Shown here: piece by piece, positions 13,346 to 26,239 of the stretch
How positions within the stretch are numbered: the stretch's first letter is position 1
Layout of the letters: each line of letters opens with the position of its first letter
Assembly: GCF_016433145.1 (NCBI RefSeq)
Contig: NC_058131.1
Coordinates: 232,045,076 to 232,109,075, forward strand
Direction of reading: 5' to 3'
DNA length: 64,000 bases
Origin: Gracilinanus agilis
Taxonomy: Eukaryota
Notes under the pieces: model-generated
The model's input: the letters and a program-made list of their open reading frames with translations, nothing else
What the model was told of the DNA's origin: nothing
Database searches by the model: none
Position numbers and translations under genes: made by a program

Positions 13346-13939
13346 AGCCACTCAATCCTAGGGGGGCCTTACCTAGGGTAAGAAAAGGGGACAGCTTCTT
13401 AGGGCAAAATGAGGGGGTACTTTCCACTTTCTCCTTTCCAAGACTATTGCATTGCAGCTTCCCCTCAGAAAATCCTAGCTTTAAGAAACCCCAAAATTTG
13501 CAGTGGTCCAGAGGGAGAGGCACAAGAGCTTAGTTTTTAGGTGACCAGTAGAGTCCTTCAAGGTCATTAACAGGAAAGGTCATTGAATCTGAAGTCTAAA
13601 AGGTGTGCAAAGGTTCCAATTGAGTAGCAGTGTGACCTAGGGCAGGTCTCTTCTTTCTGGACCCTGGTTCTTCTACAAAATAGGGCCAAGATTAAGTCCC
13701 TAGTGACCTAGGACAGATTCATTCCTCACCCTGGCATGTTATGTCTAAAAATGGGTCCTCTAATTTGCTCAGTACTTAGGGCAAATCCAGTCCCCTCTCC
13801 GGTCTCAGTTTCCTCTTCTACAAAATAGGGCCAGGGTTGGACCAGGAGGCTTCTGACCTGATCCACTTCAGGTAGGGTCAAAGTCCATTGGGAAAGGATG
13901 CGCCTTAAGAGCAAGGGGTGTGGCTTCGTGGGGCTCAGG

Positions 13940-14350
13940 GCCGGACGGCTGCCCCCGACCCATCCCACTCCCCAGGGCGGGAAAAGGTATGTGGCTCTAG
14001 GGCGGAGCTTTCCCCAGGCGGATGGGGCGGGCCTTGCGTCGGAAGTCACTTGTGACTGAGCAGCTAAGGGTCTACCGGAGAGGGGATTTAGCTCAGGTGA
14101 GTCGTTTCGGACTGCATTCATCCGCTTCTCGGTGACGCATCCCGTGCGCACGCGCAGCGCACCCTCCCAGGCGCATGACGTCACCCCCATGATCCACGAG
14201 GACGTGGAATTCCGCCCCTCTTAATCCGCTGCACCTCCCTTTCTCCCCCCACCCCTACCCCGAGAGCTTGTTTAAGGGTGGAAACCCCTAGACAGCGAGC
14301 ATTCGGTCCAGGCACCCGCAGTGTCGACGTAAAGAACTAGGGACCAAATC
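13940..14350 (+). promoter_or_regulatory. MPV17 CpG-island promoter with non-coding exon 1 (donor after 14096)
   Basis: CpG-rich stretch in a CpG-poor background. GC boxes near 14000 and 14024, ETS CGGAAGT 14040-14046, donor CAG|GTGAGT at 14096/14097, NRF1 TGCGCACGCGCA 14145-14156, palindromic CRE TGACGTCA 14176-14183. Exon 2 acceptor at 14932. Confidence 0.8.
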
Positions 14351-14937
14351 TCACCTCTGCTCGTTGTGTGACCTCGTGCAAATCCCTTAACCTCCCTGGG
14401 CCCCAGTTTCCCCGTATGTAAAATGAAGATCAACTCCATGAATCATGAGGGTCTATCAGCCCTAAAGCTTAGCCCATTAAGGACCCTTCCAGGACAGCCT
14501 CATCCCATCCATCACTTAGTGGGAGGTGAGCTCCTTGAAGGCAGGGGCTCTTCCTTTCCCATCACTCAGAGCCTAGCTTGGGCCTGGTACTAGCAGGTGC
14601 ATGCATGCTTGCTGACGGACCCCTAACCGACCCCCAGACCCAGCAGGCACTGGGAGGCACAGCCGTACTCCCTACTTTGGGGCATCCACTAGGAGCCTCT
14701 TTTAGCTCAAGTGAGAGTGCTGGGAGAGGAGGCCTGGGTTTTATGTGGTTGGTCACAGGAAAGGCAACATGTTTCCATAGAAAGAATGTTGGATTTGGAG
14801 TCAATGGACCCAGCCCTCCGGCTTACTAGCTGGACAAGTCACTCTCTGGGACTTAGTTTTCTCACCTATAAAATGAAAGGGAGATTCATCCCAACGCTAA
14901 AACTGTGCTCCCTGGACCCCCTGTTCCCATAGGAGGC

Positions 14938-17900
14938 ATGATTCTCTGGCGGGCATACCAGCAAGCACTGGCTGCTCACCCATGGAAGGTACAGGTTATC
15001 ACAGCTGGTGAGTATTTTCCTGGAACTGGGAGGGACTACAGCAGGCTGTGCCTTTGGGGCGAAACTGGATTCCCTTCTCACCTCCCTCAATCCTGTTTAC
15101 CAACTAGCAGAGGGGCATCAACAGCAGAGATTCTCCTTAGTCCTACCCACCAGGATGAGGTGGTTCAATAAGTATAATCTAAACAAGATTTTCCCTGAGG
15201 TCCTTTTAGGGTTTATTCTCCCCATAATCAATCTACCTTGGTGCTGAGGTCATCCTTAATGGATTGAAAGGCAGTCCCTGTTGGTCCCCAAGCACCTGCT
15301 CCTTCCTTCCCCAAGGTTCTCTTTCTCTTTATGCTTTTCTTATCACAATCTTCATTCCTCACGACCAGAAGTCCAGGTTGTGGCTCTTTTTAAAAGAGGT
15401 GATGGTACAAGGAAAAGCCATTCATGAGATGTGATTTGAGGACTTAAAGTTTAGCTCACCCAAGAAAACCTCCTCTGGAGACCTACTGTGGGGACCCACG
15501 ATTTCCTATAGAGTCAGTCCTTTGTGTGAAGAGACTGGGGAAAGTAACCCACTAGAGACTATGAATACTTTCCTTTAACAGATGAGCTATCCTTGGAGAT
15601 TGGGGCATAGGGCCCTGAAGGGATGATAGATACATAAGTAAGTTTTGTTAGATGAAAGGGTCTTGACCATAGCCCAGACCATGGGGGTTTGCCTTGGGAT
15701 AGGATTCTGGGACATTTAAGATAAGGAGCTTAGAAAGGGTCCAGGTGTTGTTGAAAGAGGAGAGTAGGAGTTGGTGCTAAAGACCTTTTCCTATTTACTG
15801 CCACATCAACCCCAGAGTCTAAAATAAGTGGCTGTGAGTATCTGAGTTCTTCCCATTTTTCTCCCCTGCTTCAGACTCCCCTGGGTCCTTACCCAGCCCA
15901 CTGTGTCTGACCACCCCATGTCTTGTCCTCGGTGTGCCCGCCAGGGCAGTGACTCACCTGGGCTGCGTGTGTGTGGTGACTCATGCTGCACTATGTGGCC
16001 ATGATGGGAACTGACACGCTGGGCTCTGTGCCCGGCCAGCTTCTACATTTGTCCAGAGTTGGCAGCTGCCAGGAGGAAGATCTGAGGGTGGACTTGAGGA
16101 GAAAAGAGGGATGACCCCTTTGCCTTTTCTTTTCACATCCTGGTAGTGAACCTGGAAAGTGTCTTCTGGCCATGCAAAAGAAGCTTGAGATTTTGTGGAT
16201 TGTTTTTGAGAATCCTACCATGAGGAGAGTGTAGTGGAATGAGTAGCCCATACTTGGGGGTCCCCGGTTCCTGGACATCTGACCAGGATAGGATTGAGAA
16301 CCAAAGCTTTCTCCAAGTCATTTCCTTTGCAGAAGCCAGTTAAGTTCCAGGTTCTGTCTTGAAGGTTTTGTTCTGGGCCAGGCTACAAACTGAACCAAAG
16401 GTATACCTAGACTCTCTAGATCTCCAAAATACCCTGTTTCCCAGAAAGTCTCTCATATTTCCACATTCTGCGAACACTGCTCGAAATGGACCAAACTGCA
16501 GACATGGGAGACCAAACTGCAGTCCTCTATACCCTTTTCTGGACATTAATGACCCATTATTCGTATTGTTATTAATAATAGATTAAATCTACATAGTGTT
16601 TGTGTGGCTTACAAATTATTTTAAATATATTCTCTCATTTCATCCTTATAACAAAACTCTGTAAGGTTGGATGCCACAACATTATTACTCTTATTTGTAA
16701 ATGAGAAAACTGAGATGGAGAGATTTGATGGTTTGATCAAAGTTATACAGCTACTAAATGTCAGAAGTGGAATTTGAACCGTAATCTCCCTCACCCATTG
16801 TGCTGCCCCACAGAACATACCAGGAGTGAATTCTACCCCTGGGTAGTGTCTGGTCCAATCTCACAAGCTCTTTGTATGGCATTGGGTTTGACTTTTGCCA
16901 TGTCTGAGAATGATCTTGTTCTGATCAGACCTCAGGGGAGTTTCAGGGTAGACCAGGAGAGCCTGGGGAGGGGGAATGGAATCTCCTTCTGGCTCAGCAG
17001 TTATTATATCACCCCTGTGGATCCTGGAGAAACTGAGTCAGCCTTGTTCTTCCCTTTTGTGGAGGCTGTATCTGGCACCGTTCCAGGCATTCTGGGCTTG
17101 CCAGAAATAGGAATTAAATTCCCCTGGGAATACTGGAACTAACTCACATTCCCTGGGAAGTGAAGCAAAGTAATGGGAAGAGCCTTTGCCTTGGACTCTA
17201 CAGAACCAGATTCTAGTCTCAGTTCTTTCATTGACTGGTTGTATAAAAGCCTTCACTTGTCTGAAAGTCAGTTTCTTCATGTGTAAACTGAGAGGCCCCA
17301 CTGATCTAATCTATTGTTCCTTCCACCTTTCCATTCTGTGATTCTTAGGGATAGGTTCTTTCTGATAGTAGAAAGTGTACAGGATGTAGACTCAAGGAGA
17401 ACCTGGGTTCTCAAAATCTCCAGTCTCAAAGTTGAAAGGTTCTTGAAAGACCTTTTCAATATCTGAATATTAATCTCCTCTACAATGTCCCTAGCAAATG
17501 GTCATTCAAGTCAGATCCTAGTGGTTGCTGCCTATTGCCTGTGTATCCTTGGGCAAGTCACTTCTGTAAATGAAGGGGCTGTAAATTTTTAAAATCTCTT
17601 TCATTTCTTAATCCTAAGATTCTTAAGAATCCTCCCAACCTCCCAAGACTGTTTCAGAACCCAAATCCTAGGATTTAGCTTCTGCTGGTCTAGACTGGAC
17701 ACCACAACTTACAAAACTATGTTTTCCACTGCCCTAGAGACCCTTCTTTCCTTTTCAGAAGGGCAATAGGTGGCTGTGTGTAGGCAAAATGTGACTCAAT
17801 AGCCAGGGCAGGAAGCTGTAGACCCCAGGGCTCTCAGGGTACCCTTCTTCCTGAAGCATGAAAAATAAGCCCCATCTTATTCCTTTCCTCCCCTCCCTGG

Positions 17901-20900
17901 TCATTTTTGTCCTGTGCTTCCAGCTCATCCTGGGCTTCTTGCCAGACTGAGCCCCTACCTTGACACTGTTTAATCTCCTGAGAGGCCCCTGGGGAGAAGA
18001 AGGGGGAGCTGGTGAGTTGGCAGCACTGGTGGCTCTGTCCCACCCAGGGCTCCTGCTTTTCAAGGACACGTTTCCTATTTTCAGTCCTCGGAGGAGATTT
18101 GTACCCTTCTTTCTTTTTCTCATTTACCTCTATCTTTGCTCCTCTCCCAACCCACTATTAAGATTTCCCTTTTCTGCCTCTAGAATCCCTTTTGACCTCT
18201 GAATTGTGGTCAGTCCTAGAGAGGCAGAGAGGGCTCCCCCTGATTACAAGATCCCCTGACTTGATCTTCTAGAGGGGGGACATAGGACTGCTGCTGGGGG
18301 TCCTGAATGGACCAGCCCCCTAGGATTGGTTCTCCTTTTTTCCCTTTCTCTTCTTCCTCCCCACTCCCATACTGGCTCCTCTGGGGAGTGACAGCATCAG
18401 AACCTGGCCCCAGCCCAGAAAGATGACGTCATTGCCTGCACCAGCTATCTGCCCAGTGGGCTCTGTGCCCAGCGGTGCTTAGGGGCTTCACAGCCTAGCT
18501 GCCCTGTTGCTTTATGAAGAGTCATCAGGTTAGATGCTCAGATTAGTGGTGTCACCCTCCACCTCTCCATTCCCTAGACCTCTAGAAAGAATGAGACTGG
18601 ATCCGGATATCAGAATGGTCCTAGGTCCTGCACCCAAACACATCCTGAAGGATCTCCAAGAAGCTGGGGCAGTTTGGGAGTTTGTATCTTCAGTTCAAGT
18701 CAGCTCACATTTTTTGAGCACCCATTAAATAGTTCTACTTTCAAGGAGTTTCCCAGGGTAAAAGAATGTGTGCACAGATCACTAAATACATATTGGAGTA
18801 AGGACTGGATCTGTGTCTTCATTGGCATGTGTGGAGATTAGCACTTTCTCCCACAACTTATAGGTTCAGAGAATTGCCTAGAACAGAGAGGCCGAATGAC
18901 TCGTTACCCAGGCAGTCTACAGATGGGTCTTGATCCCACGTCTTCCCAGATTTAAGACCTGTTCTCTGTTCATTACAATATGCTGCCTCTAGTACAAAAG
19001 CAAAATACATGCGAAAGAAATAGGAAATAGTTTCCAGAAAGGTCCTGCCCTAGGAAGTGACACCTGAGCTGTGCTTTGGAGAAAGTGAGGGGGGGTGTTA
19101 AGAGGTGGAAGAGAAGAAGGGAAGCGTTATAGGCCTGGGGACAAAGCTTGGAGGTCAGAAATGGGCGATTGTGTGTCCAGAGAAGAATCTATCAGCCATT
19201 TGGGCTGAAATAGTGGGAAAGGGAGAACAATATGTGATCAAGCTGGAAAGACATTTTGGAGCTAGATTATAGAGGGCTTTAAACATCACATGAAGTTTGT
19301 ATTTTATAATAGGAAATTGCTGCAGGGGAATATTGCTAGAGGATATAGTTGGCTGGGAGGGGAGCTAGTGGGGTACCAGACCCTGGACTGAATGAATGCT
19401 GAGGCTATGGCATAGAGAAATTCCCGAGTCTCCCTCTTCTCTCAGCCTAAGGCAAGGCTTGGACCTCTTCACCAGGGCCCTCAGGACAACTGGCCCAAGG
19501 TAAAGTCCTTGCTTACCTCATCCTCTGCACATCCCTGCCTTTCAGTTATCATAAAACTAATCCAAATTGGGAGTTAGATCCAGAGTGGTGGTAGCTTCAG
19601 AAACCCATCCCACACCCCAACATGAAAAGGAAGTCTGGGACCCACTTCAGTCTGGAGTGAAACAAAATTATTAGCTCTGTGAGGACAAAGAATGTGACTT
19701 GCCCAAGCTTTATGTCTCCTTGTTACCAGTGTCTCACAGGTTTTCTATATTCAATACTTAATAAATATTTGTTAAAATTGTCCCAGCTGGGCATACTAGA
19801 CAAAGCACCATCTTCCACCTCTGCAACTTGCTGGCCCATCATTTACCAAGAACACAGGGCTGGAGGAGCAGCTAGGTAGCACAGTGGAGAGCACCAGGCC
19901 TGGAGTCTAGAGGACTAGGTTTCAAATTTGACCTCAAACACTTTCTGAAATTGGTATGGGCTTACCTCTTCTTCCCTTCCCAATCATTTGCCTCCTGGTA
20001 GGTGCTGCTTTATTTTTTCTTCTGTTCCTTTTTTATAAAATTATTTTGTTTCCAATTAACAAAAATTTATTTTAATCCTAATTCTCCTCATTAAAAGAAA
20101 AACAAAACTCTTGTAACAAATAGGTGTAGCTAAAAACAAATTCCTTCATGGGCTATATCCAGAAAAATATGTCTTATTCTGCACCCTGAGGCCATCACCT
20201 CTCTCAGCTGGGTAATGGGTTCTCTTCTTTCTTTCCTGTATATTCATAGCTCCAACCACTCTGAGTGGATTCAGGAAGGAACAGGCAGGTGATAGGATGG
20301 AGGACTAGAGGGTCAGGATAACAAATAAACAAGCTTCTAGGGCCCCTCTTCTTCCTGTACCATGGCCCACTGTTAGAATCTTCCGCTTCCATTCTTAGGT
20401 CTGATTGAGTCCCAGTTTGAATGTGTAAATGGGGAGGATGTTGTTGGGGGGGGGGGGGAAGAAAGCTCCTGTAAGAAGAAATGTTAATTTAATTCTCTTT
20501 GCCCTTGCTATGGGGAGAATAACTCCACCCTTTTGGAACTTATACGAATAAGATAATAGCCAGGCTGCCTGTGCAGGGCTCCCCTGGAAGAAGTCCTGGG
20601 GCTGCTTCATGGGTAAGAGTGCCAGCAGGGCTGACTAACCTCTTCCAGCTCCTAGCCTCACCCAATTGGCTATTGGCTATGGCTTGTCCACTTCTTAGGG
20701 CACGGCGTGGGAGTTGGGAAAAGAGCTGAGTGCACCGGGTATGTGAGCCAGAATGGTGATCATGCAGCCAGCCTGGACGTCAGAGCCAGCCAGGATACAC
20801 GTTGGGGTGGAGGGATGTGTTTGCCCAGTTCTAATTGAGGGCACAGGGACACTAGTTGTTGAGGGGCTCCAGGCGGGTGCTTTCATTACTCAGCAAGACA

Positions 20901-23900
20901 CATAAGAAAGCTGGAGATTATGCTTTACACAGAGGCCTCTCTGTTTGTGCATGCACACACATACACATTCGAATTAGAGCCCCTCATAGCCCACACACTC
21001 ACTAGGCATTCAGTCAGTGTTAATGATGTCTGTCTCAGGACCTGTGTGGGGGCATCTGACTGCAGGAGCCTATGGATTCCTGGGCATCACAGGGACCCTT
21101 TTCCACTGGCTTCTGTCACTGCTTCTGGATTCTCTCTTCAAAGCCTCTGAGGAAATGTTTCTTTCCAAACCCAGTTGGGGCTGCGAGGTGAGGAGGCATC
21201 CATAGTATGTGGCTATCTGAAAGCCAGAGGGAGGCAAGGTCTGTTTCATCTAACTCCCTTAGGGCTGCTCTTTTTGCAGTAGCCCTAGAGTGTTTCTGGA
21301 AATGACCCATTTGTTCTGTTCCCTATAGATCATAGGTCATAGATCTAGGACTGATGGGATCTTAAAAGTCCATCAAGTTCAATCTCCCAATTTTTAAAGC
21401 TGGGAAAAATGAGCCCAAGGAAATTGAGTGACTTGTCAGAGGTCATACAGATAGCAAGTGAAAGAGATAGAATTTGAACCAGGTCCCTTTATTCTACAGC
21501 TAGGGTTTTTTACACTGTACCCTGCTACCTTCATGTAGACTATGAAACCTAGAGAAAGGACAGATTCTGATTGGAGCCAAATTGGGATTTGTGTCAGAGC
21601 CAGGAATCAAACTCGGGCTTCATGGTCCTACTTGTGCCCTATCTACAGCACTTTGCCTCAAATCCCAACTGCATTTGAAGTTCTCTCTCAGATATATCTG
21701 TAGCTGGTGAGTCCTTTACATACTTTCAGGATCACCTCAGAGCTCTTCAAGTAGAAAGGATTTCCTCCTTCAAGTAGAAAGAATGACCTCAAGGAACCCT
21801 ACTTACAGTCTCCTCATCCCAATGGTTAACTGGCAAAGACATAGCTACCCTTGGTGACAATCCTTTGAGGTAGGGAACCAAGAAACCAAGGAGGGACCCT
21901 CAGTCTAGAACAGTGCCTAAAAAATAGGATGTCTTCCCCAAGACCCTTGGAAGAAGGAAGTGAAGGCAGTAATTGCCAGAACCTTATGCTCAATAGGTTT
22001 CACACCATCTTTTAGAAAACTCAGCTTTCCCTTGGATTCCCCATGAAATAGCCTGACAGTATCTTCTAACCCCCAGGGTCCCTGATGGGTGTAGGTGACA
22101 TCATCTCTCAGCAGCTAATAGAGAAACGTGGTTTAGAGAAGCACCAGGCCCACAGGACCCTGACCATGGCTTTTATAGGCTGCAGCTTTGTGGTGAGTCA
22201 CACCTGTGGTGGACAGGTTGGTCATTTGGACAGTGGACCCAGATCTCCATCTTCCCTTGTACTCTCCAGGCTCTTGACCTCCATCTCTTCGTGCCTATAA
22301 ACCCCGTCTCTCCTTTTCCTCAGCTGTTTCCCCTGTGGTGTGATTGCATTTTTTTTTTTGAGGAAAACAATATTACTATTTACTAACTAAAGTTTCCCTT
22401 TTTTGTTTGTTTTCCTGAGTTTGCTTTCAGGGCCCTGTGGTAGGTGGCTGGTATCGGGTTTTGGATCGACTCATCCGTGGCAATACCAAGATGGATGCAC
22501 TGAAGAAGATGGTAATAGATCAGGTGAGCAGAGGGATAGAAGTGGGGTGATTCAGAAGGGGCAGTGACTATATGGATCTGTGTAGAAGGAATGTAATTAC
22601 TCTTTGGCAGATGACCATCAGAGCTTTCACATGTTCTCTTCTTCCTATTCTCTTTTCTTTCAGGGGGGCTTTGCCCCATGTTTTTTGGCATGCTTGCTCC
22701 CAATAATTGGTACATTTGATGGACTGTCAGTCAAGGACAACTGGGTCCGACTGAAGCGGGTAAGCATGGAACCTGAACTAGATTGATAGGGGATTTTGTT
22801 GAGCATCTGGCTAGATCTGTGATATCCCCACTGGAATATAGGAGAATTAAAACAATTTAGGAATATTAGAAGTTCAGAGAGTTAACAGGTAAGTTTTAAA
22901 CCAGTGATAGGGGGGAAAGGCAGTTGTGGTATAAGACTGTTCATGGCCACTGAATACCAAGAGGTCTCATTCATTGAAAACCACTCAGTTATTAAGTGAA
23001 GTAGGAAATAAAGTGTAATAGAACACTGTGGTTGGTCCTGGGGGAGGGTCACAGATAATTAAGACTGATCCCTGCTCTCATGGGGTTCATAGAAGAGAAT
23101 GTAATAGGGCATGGTGCCAAGTGGAGGGAGTGAAAGACTTAACCTTTTCTTTACTTGCTTCTTCAGGATTACCCTGATGCCCTCATCACCAATTACTATG
23201 TAAGAGACAATTATTCTCCTTAAGGCTATGGAAAGACCTGGGCTTGGGCCTTCTCTGGATTGAATTTTAGCTGGGGATGACTTGATAGGCCTGAGCAGGT
23301 TACCTCTTGGACTGGGTTTACATGCCCAGGGGTTGGGATGAGTCTGGCAAAGGCTCCTTCACCAGAATGGGGGCTAAAAAATACCATTCACAGAGAAATA
23401 ACTTCTTCTTTATGTTTCTTTTACAGATCTGGCCTACTGTGCAGTTGGCCAATTTCTACCTTATTCCCCTTGCCTACAGGTAGGGAAAAATTCCATCTCT
23501 ACACCACCCTTCAAGACAACTCCAACTTCCAGCTCCCCAAATCTTCCATGATATTTCAGGGGCAGAAATAAAAGTCTGAAAGTTACTTCATTCTCATTCT
23601 ATCCTTAACCTCCCCCCCAATCCCAAACTGAAATCTTCTGCCCACCAGTCAGGGCTCTTCATATTCCTTTGTGTTTTAGTCAGAACCTCTTACTCCTCCC
23701 AGAACTCTCTACAGTCTGCCCTCTGAATTTCATACAGAACACTAAAAAATATTCTCCTTCCACAGTCCTTTTTCCTGGCCCATCTGAGTCCCTCACCTCT
23801 GATGCCATTGCTGGAAGGACAGAGTACAGGCTGTTGCATCCTAGGTTAGGCAGATAGGTAGGGCAGGAGGCCAGGTAGGCTATGCCAGTCTCATCAGTGA

Positions 23901-24923
23901 GAGAAAATATTTTATCACTCTTAAGTAAAACTGGTGGGTAGCATACAATTTGGTTGCCAACCCTCAAGAAGACAACTGGAGAAATGCAAAAAAAATAATA
24001 ATAATTGGAGGGGAGGTGATCTTGTGATTGGATCTCTAGTCTGGAAAGGGGGAAGTTAAGAGGAAAAAACTTAAATGCATAAAAACCATGTGCACCAGGG
24101 ATACAGTGAACATGGACCCCCAAATCCTGAAATGTTGGGATGAAGGGAAGCCTATTGAAATGCCAATTTGGGAAACTTATAGCAAATAAAAGGAAATACC
24201 ATCACATGAAGCAGGTCGTAAACTTATGAAAGTCACTACCCCAAGAGTCGGTATGGGGAGGAAATAGAAATACTCAAAAAGCATTTGGATAAGTGCATGA
24301 ACTATAAGCCATAAAATGGTTATTAAAAGGAGCAAATTTCTACTCTATCTTTAAAAAGTAATGTTGGGCAGGGGCAACTAGGCTCAGCCAGGCTTAGAGG
24401 CAAAAGGTCCTGGGTTCAAATCTGGTATCAGACACTTCTTAGCTGTTTGACCCTGGGTAAGACACTTGTCCCTAACTGCCTAGCCCTTGCCATTCCCCTG
24501 TCTTAGAATTGATACTAAGATAGAAGGTAAGGGTTAAAAAAAGTAATATTAGGGAGGCAGGTGTGCTTTCCCATGGTACAGCCCTTGGTGCCTCTGTTGG
24601 CTCCAGAACACTGTCTTGGATAAACCATGGTTCTGAGCTGGTACTATTTTAAGGGGGTAAAGAGTAGGGGAGGACTCGGGTAATAAGATGAGGTTCTAAG
24701 TTCTGCCAGTTTTCCATGAGAGAAAATCTATCCCTTTGCTTTTTTCTCTCTCTTTTCTCTTTCTTTCCCCCCATTGCCCTTCTCCTTTGTCTTTCTCATC
24801 CCTGTCCCTGCCCCCTTTATTATGTTTTCAGAAATGCTTTTCCTGTTCTTCAGGTTGGCTTTTGTCCAGTGTGTTGCTGTTATCTGGAACACCTACCTAT
24901 CCTGGAAGTCACATCAGTCCTGA
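14938..24923 (+). CDS. MPV17: Mitochondrial inner membrane protein Mpv17, 176 aa; 7 coding exons
   Basis: Coding exons: 14938-15007, 22077-22192, 22431-22523, 22664-22759, 23167-23199, 23427-23479, 24854-24923 (70+116+93+96+33+53+70 = 531 nt). Translation [37 protein letters not shown]...GPVVGGWY...DQGGFAPCF...[51 protein letters not shown] matches recalled MPV17. All introns GT-AG. Confidence 0.97.
24371..24543 (+). mobile_element. Marsupial SINE with degenerate TSD
   Basis: SINE body; AAAAAGTAAT(G/A)TT on both flanks. Confidence 0.75.
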
Positions 24924-25119
24924 GTCTACCTGTCCTCATGCCCCCTCCTTGAAACTATACCTCTTGACCCTGGGATGGGTTCAGATGACTTCAGCGCAGT
25001 CCCAACAGTTTTCAGGATTCCAGGCCACTGGACAGAAAGGAATTCTGGGATGGAACACTGAAATGAATCCCCACCCCCACCCCCATGTAAATAGTACAAC
25101 CTTGCAGGTAGTTTGAGAA

Positions 25120-25125
25120 AATAAA
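25120..25125 (+). terminator. MPV17 proximal polyadenylation signal (AATAAA)
   Basis: AATAAA ~200 nt after the MPV17 stop, followed by a T/GT-rich downstream region. Confidence 0.65.
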
Positions 25126-25471
25126 AACTTATGAGTATCTCTTGCTTCTTTTGCTTCCGTTATGTGGTCTTTGCCCAGTTCTCTGCTCATCTCTTCCTAA
25201 CCCATTCCCCTGCAAGTTGAGCCAGACCCTTAATTCCCCCTAGATCTTCACAGACACCTCTTCCTTAACTAAATGGTAGCAATAATTGCTGTGGTTTGTG
25301 GCTCTAGACAGAACACAGTCCCAAACGAAAGTTAATCAAGGTCCGGTGATGTTTCTTGTTGGTATCCTACCCTAACCTTTCCTCTTCCCTGAGTCAGGGA
25401 GAAATTCAGTCAGGCTGAAGCAGAACTTGGCACTTATCCCTCTTCCCCCACCCCTGCTTCCCTGACTTAAG

Positions 25472-25477
25472 AATAAA
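25472..25477 (+). terminator. Possible distal MPV17 polyadenylation signal (AATAAA)
   Basis: Second AATAAA, followed by GGGTGTTTCTTCTTTG downstream. Confidence 0.4.
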
Positions 25478-25862
25478 GGAATCAACTAGACCACTGGGTG
25501 TTTCTTCTTTGGATAAAGCAAAACTCTCATCTGCTCAGGATATTGGAGATCCCCTTTTGGTACGGGAATCTCCTAGGGACCGGAGACTATCTGCTTGGAA
25601 ATCCTCAATTAAAAGGCCCTGGCCATTTAAATTTGAGATCTAGAGAGAAGTGCAAGATGGTGGGGATTCTTTAGGAAGAGAGGCTCTAGCTCAGTGGATT
25701 CATTTAGTCCCTAGCCACCAGGAGGACTTTGGACCCAGGCTCTGGTCACAGACCTGGAAGAGCAGGCTATGAAGGCTCAGTGCCAACTGTATAAAGAACC
25801 CCCTTTCCTCCTCGATCTAGAATTCAGATTCCTCTTCTGCTGAAACAGTTTGAACAGTTGTG

Positions 25863-25883
25863 ATCAGAACCACGGACAGCTCC
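25863..25883 (+). promoter_or_regulatory. RE1/NRSE (REST) site upstream of UCN
   Basis: ATCAGAACCACGGACAGCTCC vs consensus TTCAGCACCACGGACAGCGCC: 18/21 identical with canonical 2-bp half-site spacing. Confidence 0.75.
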
Positions 25884-26239
25884 ACTCTTCTGCTATTGGT
25901 CTGTTTGACTTTTCCTTCTAGGCTAGAAACATTTTCGCCCAGAAGAGTTGAGGTTTTCCCTCAAGGAGGAGGGCTCAGGAAAGGGAAGACGCTGTGGACC
26001 CAATTGAAAACGGTGTGAGGTCCTCCTGAGTTCTTGGGACCAAGCCTGATCTTCCCAAGTCGAAGCCTATCTGGAACTAATGCTGTCCATAACGACTCCT
26101 GAGCCCCATCCTCGGAGTTTGCCCCTAGAGGTAGCAGGCGGTATTCCATTGGGGTGGTCTCGTCCCTAGGGAAGTCCAGCTCCTGGGCCGGCAGGTCTCA
26201 GAGCTGCGGTCCTGTCAGTTCATCTACAATCACTGCATG

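Noticed and set aside
23680-24123. 147-aa antisense ORF in the last MPV17 intron
   Set aside because: No homology or splice context; consistent with chance.
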